A stretch of DNA of 64,000 nt from Clostridia bacterium (GCA_900770385.1 CAAGKK010000016.1:12221-76220), one strand, 5' to 3'. Positions 1-7,830 are shown, numbered from the stretch's first letter. Numbers and translations: made by a program. Notes: generated by a model not told the origin, from the sequence alone.

Positions 1-7
1 AGATTTT

Positions 8-607
8 ATGGATAAAAAGAAAATGGAAAATTTACGAGAAAGCAATATACAAGATTATATGCAAGCTTGTAAAGCACAAGGAAAAACATGCACAAGGGCA
101 CAGGCAGAAAATTTAGTAGATTCTGCAATCAATGATGCGGCAAGAATAAAAGGTATAAAATCTGGGGCAAATTTACCAGGTGCAGAATTAAAACCAAAAA
201 CACAAACAACACAACAAGAGAAACCTCAATCACAACCACAGCAAGAAACTAATGAGCAGAGAGAAAGAAGAGGTAGAATGACTAGAATAGATGAAGAAAG
301 AAGGAACCAAAGAAAATCTGTGGCACAAAGAAGAAATGAAAGTCAAAGAAAAAGAGAAGAAGAAAAAAGGAAACTTGCAAATGATGAGCATCAAGAAAAT
401 AAGCAGGGTGATAAAGGAGTAAAAGATTCGCAAGGAAGAACAAGAGAGGTAAAAAGAATAAACACAAATCAACCAAGGAGTGGACAAACAAGAACAAATA
501 CAAATAAATCACCAATGGGTGGAACAACAAGAACAAATACAAGTAAATCACCAATAGGTGGACCAACAAATACAAATGTAAATCAAAATAATGGTCCAAT
601 AGTATAA
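8..607 (+). CDS. hypothetical K/R/Q/T-rich low-complexity protein
   Basis: ATG ORF, first of four tightly packed same-strand ORFs (gaps 12-15 nt). Composition is strongly biased. A 39-nt tandem duplication at 488-565 encodes TRTNT(N/S)KSP(M/I)GG. No motif I recognise. Confidence 0.45.
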   Translation: MDKKKMENLRESNIQDYMQACKAQGKTCTRAQAENLVDSAINDAARIKGIKSGANLPGAELKPKTQTTQQEKPQSQPQQETNEQRERRGRMTRIDEERRNQRKSVAQRRNESQRKREEEKRKLANDEHQENKQGDKGVKDSQGRTREVKRINTNQPRSGQTRTNTNKSPMGGTTRTNTSKSPIGGPTNTNVNQNNGPIV

Positions 608-621
608 AAGGAGGGGTCAAT

Positions 622-1149
622 ATGGGGCTAAAAAGTAAAATAGAGATTTTTTGGTCAGAACATAGAGACCCTATTTTATTTTATACAATAATAATAGGAT
701 CAATAATAGTAATAACACAATGTTTAAATTTGGTTGCAAAGGCCAATATAGCACAAAATCAAATAGCAGAAGAAAATAGCAATCAAATAGAAGTAAAAAC
801 ATCACCAAAAGAAGATATAGAAAATAAAAAATTAGTAGAACAATTTTTAGAGTACTGTAAAAACAACAAAATAGAAGAAGCATATAACTTAATTTCAGAT
901 GAGTGTAAAAAAGAAAAATATAAAACACTAGCAGACTTTAAAACAAATTATTATAATAAAATTTTTAATAAAAAGAGAAGTGTAGAAATAAAAAAACAAA
1001 AAAACAATTCATATAAAGTTATATTTTATGAAGATATGCTAGAAAAAGGAAAAGCAGATGAAAATACAAGCATAACAGATTATTATACAATACAAGATAG
1101 CGTAATAGAAATAAAATTAAATATAAATACACAAAACAACATAAAATAA
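622..1149 (+). CDS. hypothetical membrane-anchored protein
   Basis: RBS aaaggagggg lies upstream. One N-terminal TM helix (ILFYTIIIGSIIVITQ). The soluble part resembles the repeated modules of the 447-aa ORF at 2627. Confidence 0.45.
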   Translation: MGLKSKIEIFWSEHRDPILFYTIIIGSIIVITQCLNLVAKANIAQNQIAEENSNQIEVKTSPKEDIENKKLVEQFLEYCKNNKIEEAYNLISDECKKEKYKTLADFKTNYYNKIFNKKRSVEIKKQKNNSYKVIFYEDMLEKGKADENTSITDYYTIQDSVIEIKLNINTQNNIK

Positions 1150-1161
1150 AAAGGAGCAAAA

Positions 1162-2613
1162 ATGTCCGTAAAAGAATATGGAAAAGAAAAACTACAAGGT
1201 TTAAAAGGAAAAGTAGTAACAGCCGTAAAAGCTTTTGCATTAAAATGGGGAACAATAATAGGCGGTGGATTATTATTAATAATTATTCTTACATCTGTAA
1301 TATCATCATTAATTATAAGTGCATTAGGTGGAGATGATGGAGGAAATACAGGAGACTGGGAATCTGCATCAGAAGATTCTTGGGAACAGTTTGTAAGATA
1401 TTTACGCCAATGCGAATATGGAGAAGGAACTACATATAAGAATGCCTCTGGAGTAGATTGCTATAAGGTAATGCCTGACGGAGGTGGTGGTCTTGCAGTT
1501 GGATATGGAGTAGATATTGCTACTCATGGATTAAAATTGAAATCATTAGGTTATTCTATATCAAGTGGATCACTAATACCTGTATCAGTAGTAGATTCAA
1601 TAGAAAAGGAAGAAGAAGAAAAAAAATATAATGATATAGAAAAACTATGTACTGCAAATAATATAAATTTAACAATATTTCAAAAATATGCATTAGTATC
1701 CAGGACATACAATTATGGACTAGAGGGAGGAACAGGACAAGCAACATGGTTCTATATATATCCATCAACATTAACTTTTGTTCAAGCATACAAAAAATAT
1801 TACAACCAATCTAAGGATACAAATTATGGTGATTATACAAAAATGAATTTAAAAAACCAATTATTTATTAACTATATGACATGGCTAGATTATAGAGCTA
1901 CAGGAACACATCCAGGCGGATGGGAAACAAGAAGAAAATCAGAATGGTGTTTGTTTCAAACTGGATATTTCGGATGGGGGCTAAAGAACGGAGGAGCCTA
2001 TCCAAAAGGTTTTGACGAATATTGTATAATATCCGATATTTCTGGAGGAACTCCAGGAAAGACAGGAAAAATAAACAGAGGAGGTGTAGAAGTACAAACA
2101 TACACATCGGCATCTAAAAGAACATATGTCTTATATGATCAAACAAAAGGAAGTTGGAAAGATACAAATTGGGGAACAAGTGGACATACAATAGGACAAT
2201 GGGGATGTCCAGGAGCATCAGGAGCTACTATTTTAACAGCAATGGGATATCCTAAAATGACACCAGATAAATTAAATACTATGTATAATGAAGGAGTATC
2301 CAATGTTATGAGAAGGTATGTAAAATATACTAAACCATATGAATGTGGAAGACTGCCTAATACGACAAATGCTAAAAAGGATATAATAAATTGGTTAAAA
2401 ACTGGCAATCCTGTGCACTTTCATGTAATTGGTCCTAACGGAGGAGGAAGTAATAGATTTGCTTATACAGAACATTGGATGGCATTATTAGATGTAGATG
2501 TGAATGGAAGCAATGTATACTTAGCACCTGGGGCAGGTGGAAAACCAGGATGGTATTCAATAGATGAAGTAACAAAATCATTATGTTGTTATGCAAAAGT
2601 AAGCAAAAAGTAG
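1162..2613 (+). CDS. membrane-anchored bifunctional cell-wall hydrolase (lysozyme-like muramidase + papain-like Cys peptidase), CwlT-like
   Basis: N-terminal TM helix. Lysozyme-like block CEYGEG...DGGGGLAVGYGVD...FQKYALVSRTYNYG. C-terminal Cys/His block GQWGCPGASGATILTAMGY ... YTEHWMALLDVD. The architecture recalls conjugative-element hydrolases such as ICEBs1 CwlT. Confidence 0.6.
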   Translation: MSVKEYGKEKLQGLKGKVVTAVKAFALKWGTIIGGGLLLIIILTSVISSLIISALGGDDGGNTGDWESASEDSWEQFVRYLRQCEYGEGTTYKNASGVDCYKVMPDGGGGLAVGYGVDIATHGLKLKSLGYSISSGSLIPVSVVDSIEKEEEEKKYNDIEKLCTANNINLTIFQKYALVSRTYNYGLEGGTGQATWFYIYPSTLTFVQAYKKYYNQSKDTNYGDYTKMNLKNQLFINYMTWLDYRATGTHPGGWETRRKSEWCLFQTGYFGWGLKNGGAYPKGFDEYCIISDISGGTPGKTGKINRGGVEVQTYTSASKRTYVLYDQTKGSWKDTNWGTSGHTIGQWGCPGASGATILTAMGYPKMTPDKLNTMYNEGVSNVMRRYVKYTKPYECGRLPNTTNAKKDIINWLKTGNPVHFHVIGPNGGGSNRFAYTEHWMALLDVDVNGSNVYLAPGAGGKPGWYSIDEVTKSLCCYAKVSKK

Positions 2614-2626
2614 GAGATAAAAGAAC

Positions 2627-3970
2627 ATGAATAAAAAACAAAAACTGATTTTAGCAATAATGTCATTGATAGTTATTTTTATAATAATATTATTACTAAT
2701 GCTAAATAGTAAAAGTAAAGAAAATATGGAAGTAAATTCAAATGCAGATGAAATAAATATATTTGGAGAAAAAGATTATAATAATACTATATATAAAGAT
2801 TATAATAAAAGTGAAATAAATAAAAAATTAGAAGCACTTGATATTTATTCAAGGTATAACTTAGTGGACTCAATAAGTAATAAATATATTCAAAATACTG
2901 GTTTGCAACAAGCGGATATATTGTTGAAAATGCTTGCTACAGACTATAAGGAGAAATATAAGATTAATAAAGAAAATGTCTTGAAAATCAAAACAGATAT
3001 TCCAATGCTAAAAGGAAAAGAGGAATATAAAACTATATTAACAAGCGCAATTGGAGCACAAGTAGAAAAAAACATATATGTATATATAGTAAAAGGAGTA
3101 GGAAGAGTTACTGGAACAGAAAAGCGATTTGAGTACAATATTTTAATTGAAATAGATGAAGAAGAAGCGACATATGCAATATATCCAGATCAATACATAA
3201 AAGATAAGGAATATGATAAATTAAAAATTGGTAGTACAATTAACTATGATGTAAACAAGATTACAAGAAATGATAATAATGAATTCATGTATGATACAGA
3301 ATCTGATAAGAAGATAGCCAACAGTTATTTTAGTAATTATTCAGAGTTATTAGAATATTATCCAGAAGAAGCATACAATAGATTAGATTCTGAATACAAA
3401 AGTGAAAGATATAAAAGTTTAGAAGCATTTAAGGAATATGTTAGCAAAATATCATATACAATATACACAATGAACATAAATAAATATAAAGTACACAAAA
3501 CAGATAACTATACGGATTATCTTTGCACAGATCAATATAATAATTATTATATATTCAGAGAAAAAGACGGAATAATGAACTATACGGTATTTTTAGATTC
3601 ATACACAGTTGATTTAGATGTGTTTAAAGAAAATTATGAAAAAGCAAGTGATGAAGAAAAAGTATCACTTAATGTTGGTAAATTTAAACAAATGTTAAAT
3701 ACAAAAGATTATAATACAATATATAACAAATTAAATGAAACTTTTAGAAAAAATAACTTTTCTACCGTATCAAAATTAGAAGAATACTTAAAGAAAAATA
3801 CTTATGAAATAAATTCAATAAAAGTAGAAAATAAAAATCAACAAAATGACTATTATGTGTGTGAATGTACACTAGTAGACCAAACCAATACAGAACAAAC
3901 AAAGAAAATGACAATAATGATAAAATTATTAGATAATAATAATTTTTCAATGTCTTTTAGTATAAAATAA
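2627..3970 (+). CDS. hypothetical membrane-anchored protein with internally repeated modules
   Basis: N-terminal TM helix (LILAIMSLIVIFIIILLLML). At least three similar modules (EYYPEEAYNRLDSEYKSERYKSLEAFKEYV; MLNTKDYNTIYNKLNETFRKNNFSTVSKLEEYL). Last gene before a hairpin terminator. Confidence 0.45.
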   Translation: MNKKQKLILAIMSLIVIFIIILLLMLNSKSKENMEVNSNADEINIFGEKDYNNTIYKDYNKSEINKKLEALDIYSRYNLVDSISNKYIQNTGLQQADILLKMLATDYKEKYKINKENVLKIKTDIPMLKGKEEYKTILTSAIGAQVEKNIYVYIVKGVGRVTGTEKRFEYNILIEIDEEEATYAIYPDQYIKDKEYDKLKIGSTINYDVNKITRNDNNEFMYDTESDKKIANSYFSNYSELLEYYPEEAYNRLDSEYKSERYKSLEAFKEYVSKISYTIYTMNINKYKVHKTDNYTDYLCTDQYNNYYIFREKDGIMNYTVFLDSYTVDLDVFKENYEKASDEEKVSLNVGKFKQMLNTKDYNTIYNKLNETFRKNNFSTVSKLEEYLKKNTYEINSIKVENKNQQNDYYVCECTLVDQTNTEQTKKMTIMIKLLDNNNFSMSFSIK

Positions 3971-3977
3971 AAAACTT

Positions 3978-4005
3978 AAACTCTGCCTAAATGCAGAGTT
4001 TAATT
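3978..4005 (+). terminator. hairpin terminator after the 4-gene cluster
   Basis: aaactctgc-ctaaat-gcagagttt is a perfect 9-bp stem. The T tract is short. Confidence 0.55.
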
Positions 4006-4066
4006 GATTATGAGATTTAAATATGTTATAATATAAGTAATTAAATATTGTAGGAGATGGATAAAA

Positions 4067-4273
4067 GTGTTTTGGAAAATCTTAAAATGGTTGGTTATGA
4101 TACCAATTTATGGACTGGGCACTCTGTGGTATATTATCACATCTTGGAAAATTCTTCTAACAATCGCATTAGCAATTCTAACAATATTGATTTGCATATT
4201 TATATGCGATAGCTGGAAAGGACGAATTCCAACAATCGTGATAGCGATAATTATAATTGCTATCATATTATAG
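4067..4273 (+). CDS. small hydrophobic membrane protein
   Basis: GTG start 7 nt after RBS aggagatgg. 68 aa, almost entirely hydrophobic (2-3 TM). Has its own terminator. Confidence 0.4.
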   Translation: MFWKILKWLVMIPIYGLGTLWYIITSWKILLTIALAILTILICIFICDSWKGRIPTIVIAIIIIAIIL

Positions 4274-4296
4274 GAACCTCATTGAGGTTCCTTTTT
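4273..4296 (+). terminator. rho-independent terminator
   Basis: ggaacctc-att-gaggttcc followed by ttttt. Overlaps the stop codon. Confidence 0.8.
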
Positions 4297-4356
4297 CATA
4301 TATAAAAATATAATAAAAAATTAGCATTTGGTTAACATATATTCAAGGAGAAAAAT

Positions 4357-5361
4357 ATGTTTATACCAGATGCTATTTTTTATGAAGAGAATATAAAAGA
4401 ATATGAATTAGGAAAAATACTTTTGCAAAGATATGAAAAACTAAATATACCAATGGTAATAATAGAAAACCATAATAATATAGAGCAGATGAGAAAAAAA
4501 GCAAATAAAGAATTTCCACAAATGAAGCGAAATTTAATTATTGCAACAAGAAAAACGCATAAATATGTAGAAAATCACAAAGTTTCAGATTTTTTAGTAC
4601 CATATACTTCATCTGGATGTATAGCAATGTGTATGTACTGCTATTTAGTATGCAATTATAATAAATGTGCATATTTAAGGTTGTTTGTAAATAGAGAACA
4701 TATGCTGAATAAAATAAAAAGAACAGCACAAAATTCAGAAAAGGAATTAGTGTTTGAAATAGGTAGTAACAGTGATTTAATTTTAGAAAATACAATAACA
4801 GGAAACTTAGAATGGACAATAGAAAATTTTAAAAATGAACCTAAAGGCAAATTAACATTTCCAACAAAATTTGATATGGTTGATCCAATTCTTCCACTAA
4901 ATCATAATGGAAAAATAATAGTAAGGATGAGTTTAAATCCAGAAGAAATAATCAACAAAATAGAATTTGGAACATCCAGATTAAACAATAGAATACAAGC
5001 AATAAATAAGATGGTGGAAGCAGGATATACTGTTGGAGTGCTAATAGCACCTGTTGTTTTAGTAGACAATTGGAAAGAATTATATGAAAACTTATTAAAA
5101 CAAATGTTAGATCAATTAAGCTTAAAGGCAAAAAAAGAAATATTTTTTGAAATAATATTTATGACATATAGCTATGTGCATAATGCAATAAATCACGAAG
5201 CTTTTCCTAATGCTATAGAATTATATAATAAGGAACAAATGATAGGAAGGGGAAGAGGAAAATATGCTTATAGACCTGCAATAAAAGAAGAAGCCAAGAA
5301 ATATATAGAAGAGTTAGTAAAAAAATATTTTCCACAAAATGAGATAAAGTATATTGTGTAA
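4357..5361 (+). CDS. splB: spore photoproduct lyase (radical SAM)
   Basis: N-terminus MFIPDAIFYEEN is typical of SplB. Radical-SAM cluster CIAMCMYC (CxxxCxxC). Length 334 aa. RBS caaggag. Confidence 0.9.
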   Translation: MFIPDAIFYEENIKEYELGKILLQRYEKLNIPMVIIENHNNIEQMRKKANKEFPQMKRNLIIATRKTHKYVENHKVSDFLVPYTSSGCIAMCMYCYLVCNYNKCAYLRLFVNREHMLNKIKRTAQNSEKELVFEIGSNSDLILENTITGNLEWTIENFKNEPKGKLTFPTKFDMVDPILPLNHNGKIIVRMSLNPEEIINKIEFGTSRLNNRIQAINKMVEAGYTVGVLIAPVVLVDNWKELYENLLKQMLDQLSLKAKKEIFFEIIFMTYSYVHNAINHEAFPNAIELYNKEQMIGRGRGKYAYRPAIKEEAKKYIEELVKKYFPQNEIKYIV

Positions 5362-5370
5362 AAATCTAAA

Positions 5371-5667
5371 TTATTCATTATTAACTATTAATTAGATTAT
5401 ATGTATGGGCGGACACAGGGTTCCGCCCATAGCTACGAAGAAATAGCTTATAAATATTCAGCCTACATTTTGAGTACTTTCTTTCCAAATTAGACCCTCC
5501 AAGACAAGGAGTAATCCGTATGCCTCAAAGGGCTGTCGGGCCCTAATTTTCCAAAAAAGTCTCAAAATAGTCTGAATTCTATAAATTATTAATCATTCAT
5601 TATTCACTATTAATTAAATCATATGTAGGGTCGGACGCCTCTGTCCGCCCGTGGCTACGAAGAAATA
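5371..5667 (+). repeat. composite intergenic repeat: A-unit (AT arm + GC hairpin) / 120-nt core / A-unit
   Basis: Hairpins at 5403-5433 (gtatgggcgga-cacagggt-tccgcccatagc) and 5625-5651 (gtagggtcggac-gcctct-gtccgcccg). Each is preceded by tattcattatt(a/c)actattaatta and followed by gctacgaagaaata. The same architecture recurs at 8 other loci in the window. Confidence 0.9.
5457..5576 (+). repeat. 120-nt conserved core with terminal inverted repeats (candidate MITE or structured RNA)
   Basis: TTCAGCCTACATTTTGAG ... CTCAAAATAGTCTGAA termini. Nearly identical copies at 13472-13591(-), 36506-36626 and 61562-61681. Internal GC hairpins GGGCTGTCGGGCCC and CCTCC-N7-GGAG. Confidence 0.85.
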
Positions 5668-5790
5668 CCAAAAATAAAAATATAATAAAGAAAACAAAAA
5701 AGATATTTTATGAAATTACTAAGAACCAAACAGCAATTTAATACTCATAAAAAGCAATAACAAACATATAATTAATATAGGTGATTTTTT

Positions 5791-7032
5791 ATGAAAAGAA
5801 TAATATCAATATTAATTATTTTAATAGTGAGTTTCAATATAGTAAGCTTTGCAGATGATAAAATTGAAGAAGAAAGCTCAAAAGAAGTAAAAGAAGTTAT
5901 ACAAACAGCAGCAGAGGTAAGCAAAAAGCCATCTATTAATTCAAGACAGGCAGTTGTAATGGATAGAAATAGCAAAAGCATTTTATATGGTAAAAATGAA
6001 AATGTTAAAACAAAAATGGCTTCTACTACTAAAATAATGACAGCAATGGTAGTATTGCAAAATACAAACTTGGAAAATACAGTAGAAGTATCAAAAAAAG
6101 CAGCATTAACAGGAGGTTCAAGATTAGGATTAAAAGAAGGAGATAAAATAACAGTAAGAGATTTATTATATGGGCTATTATTAAGGTCTGGAAATGATGC
6201 TGCCGTAGCATTAGCTGAATATGTAGGAGGTAGCATAGAAGGTTTTGCTAAACTAATGAACGAAAATACAATAGGATTAGGATTAAAAAATACACATTTT
6301 GTAACACCACATGGATTGGATCAAGAAGAACATTATACAACAGCATATGAATTAGCTATTATAGCAGACTATGCCTTAAAAAACAAGACATTTGCCCAAA
6401 TAGTAAATACTAAAAACTGCACAATACATATAAATAACTATGCAAAGAATTTAAATAATACCAATGAATTGCTAGGAAATTTAAATGGTGTATATGGCGT
6501 AAAAACAGGCTTTACTAATGGTGCAGGAAGATGCTTGGTAACATCTATTAAAAGAGAAAATTTAGATGTAATTTGTGTGGTTTTAGGTGCAGATACAAAA
6601 AAAGATAGAACAAAAGACAGTGTAAAATTGATTGAATATGTTTTTGGCAATTATAAAACTATAAATTTGACTAAAGATATAGAAGAAGATTTTGAAAAAT
6701 GGAACCAAATTAATAAAAATAGAATATATATAGAAAAAGGAAAAAACAACAATTTAAATCTAGCATTAGAAAAAAAAGAATATACATATCCAATAGAAAA
6801 TAACACAGAAGATAAAATAAAAATGGAGATTCAAGCAAATTTGAATTTAAAAGCACCAGTAAAAAAAGGTACTAAAATAGGGGAACTAACAATATATTAT
6901 AAAGGAGAAATGATAAATAAAATAAACATAGTAAACTTAAACGAGGTAAATAAAAAGAAAATAGAAAATTATATATTAGACTTTGCAAGCAATTATGATA
7001 ATTATTTAGAAAAAATATTTGAAATAAAATAA
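5791..7032 (+). CDS. D-alanyl-D-alanine carboxypeptidase (PBP5/DacF-like serine peptidase S11)
   Basis: Signal peptide. Active-site motifs SxxK (ASTTK), SxN (RSGND) and KTG (VKTGFT). Confidence 0.85.
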   Translation: MKRIISILIILIVSFNIVSFADDKIEEESSKEVKEVIQTAAEVSKKPSINSRQAVVMDRNSKSILYGKNENVKTKMASTTKIMTAMVVLQNTNLENTVEVSKKAALTGGSRLGLKEGDKITVRDLLYGLLLRSGNDAAVALAEYVGGSIEGFAKLMNENTIGLGLKNTHFVTPHGLDQEEHYTTAYELAIIADYALKNKTFAQIVNTKNCTIHINNYAKNLNNTNELLGNLNGVYGVKTGFTNGAGRCLVTSIKRENLDVICVVLGADTKKDRTKDSVKLIEYVFGNYKTINLTKDIEEDFEKWNQINKNRIYIEKGKNNNLNLALEKKEYTYPIENNTEDKIKMEIQANLNLKAPVKKGTKIGELTIYYKGEMINKINIVNLNEVNKKKIENYILDFASNYDNYLEKIFEIK

Positions 7033-7093
7033 AAATAATATTTATGCTTGACTAAACCGTATATTTTTGTTATTATATTAATGTTACAAATGT

Positions 7094-7169
7094 GCGGGAA
7101 TAGCTCAGTTGATAGAGCGCTGCCTTGCCAAGGCAGAGGTCGCGGGTTTGAGCCCCGTTTCCCGCTCCA
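7094..7169 (+). tRNA. tRNA-Gly (anticodon GCC), CCA encoded
   Basis: Cloverleaf folded by hand. Acceptor GCGGGAA/TTCCCGC, anticodon loop TTGCCAA. Unusual D-loop AGTTGATA and T-loop TTTGAGC. Confidence 0.9.
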
Positions 7170-7179
7170 AATATTATAT

Positions 7180-7254
7180 GGCGATATAGCCAAGTGGTAA
7201 GGCACGAGTCTGCAAAACTCCGATTCCCCGGTTCGAATCCGGGTGTCGCCTCCA
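7180..7254 (+). tRNA. tRNA-Cys (anticodon GCA), CCA encoded
   Basis: Acceptor GGCGATA/TGTCGCC, anticodon loop CTGCAAA, T-arm CCCGG-TTCGAAT-CCGGG, discriminator U73. Confidence 0.9.
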
Positions 7255-7295
7255 AATGTGTAAATGCTTTGCATTTACAATTAATAATTAAAAAT
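7247..7295 (+). repeat. left copy of 49-nt direct repeat (starts with the last 8 nt of tRNA-Cys)
   Basis: cgcctccaaatgtgtaaatgctttgcatttacaattaataattaaaaat matches 7782-7830 at 44/49 positions. Confidence 0.85.
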
Positions 7296-7380
7296 GAAGA
7301 GTGAAAAGTGAATAATATGTAAAGGCAAAAGGCATTTACACAATTATTCATTTTTAATTATTAAATATTAACTATTAATT
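7259..7380. repeat. palindromic AT-arm/hairpin element related to the A-units
   Basis: Hairpins tgtaaatgc-ttt-gcatttaca (7259-7279) and tgtaaaggc-aaaa-ggcatttaca (7318-7340). Inverted arms ttaataattaaaaatgaa (7281-7298) / ttcatttttaattattaa (7347-7364). The arms share the aatgaataat motif with the other repeats. Confidence 0.55.
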
Positions 7381-7428
7381 TTATTATTTTAATTCTAAAT
7401 ATTATTTATATCTGAAAGGTTTATATCT

Positions 7429-7779
7429 ATGAAAAATAATCCATTATTAGATCAATCCTTAAGTTTTGCATCTGAAATTATTAAACTGCAGAAAAAACTT
7501 ATAAAAGAGAAAAAAGAAACAATCATTTCCAAACAAATAATTAGAAGTGCTACAAGCATAGGAGCAAATATAAATGAAGCAAATTATGCAAATAGTAAGC
7601 CAGATTTTATATCTAAAATGCATATAGCACTAAAAGAATGTGCTGAAACAGAATATTGGATTAGGCTATTAGAAAAAGCAGAATATATTTCTAAGGAATA
7701 TGCTATAGATGTATTAGCAAAATGTTTATCAATTAAGAAAATGTTGATAGCTTCTTTAAATACAATTAAATCAAAGTGA
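7429..7779 (+). CDS. four-helix bundle protein (23S rRNA intervening-sequence protein family)
   Basis: 116 aa. Family signature RSATSIGANINEA ... DFISKMHIALKECAETEYWIRLL. Confidence 0.85.
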   Translation: MKNNPLLDQSLSFASEIIKLQKKLIKEKKETIISKQIIRSATSIGANINEANYANSKPDFISKMHIALKECAETEYWIRLLEKAEYISKEYAIDVLAKCLSIKKMLIASLNTIKSK

Positions 7780-7781
7780 AA

Positions 7782-7830
7782 CGCCTCCAAATGTGTAAAT
7801 GCAAAGCATTTAAAATTAACAATTAAAAAT
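7782..7830 (+). repeat. right copy of 49-nt direct repeat
   Basis: cgcctccaaatgtgtaaatgcaaagcatttaaaattaacaattaaaaat. The hairpin loop is AAA instead of TTT. Confidence 0.85.

Noticed and set aside
488-565. 39-nt tandem duplication in the first ORF
   Set aside because: It is real but is just two copies within a low-complexity coding region. It is unremarkable without population data.
230-620. Antisense ORFs 230..487 and 282..620, and many similar minus- or plus-strand ORFs in the track (671..928, 1019..1255, 9863..10262, 24676..24964, 32650..33098, 34612..35241 and others)
   Set aside because: They lie wholly inside well-supported genes on the opposite strand. They encode Leu/Phe/Ile-rich low-complexity peptides typical of antisense frames in AT-rich DNA, and they lack RBSs.
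5520-5546. Mini-ORF inside the 120-nt core (ATG CCT CAA AGG GCT GTC GGG CCC TAA, MPQRAVGP)
   Set aside because: It is only 8 codons with no RBS. The sequence is better explained as paired GC hairpins.
7002-7351. ORFs 7002..7274(-) and 7073..7351(-)
   Set aside because: They run antisense through tRNA-Gly and tRNA-Cys. The GC-rich tRNA sequence simply keeps a frame open.
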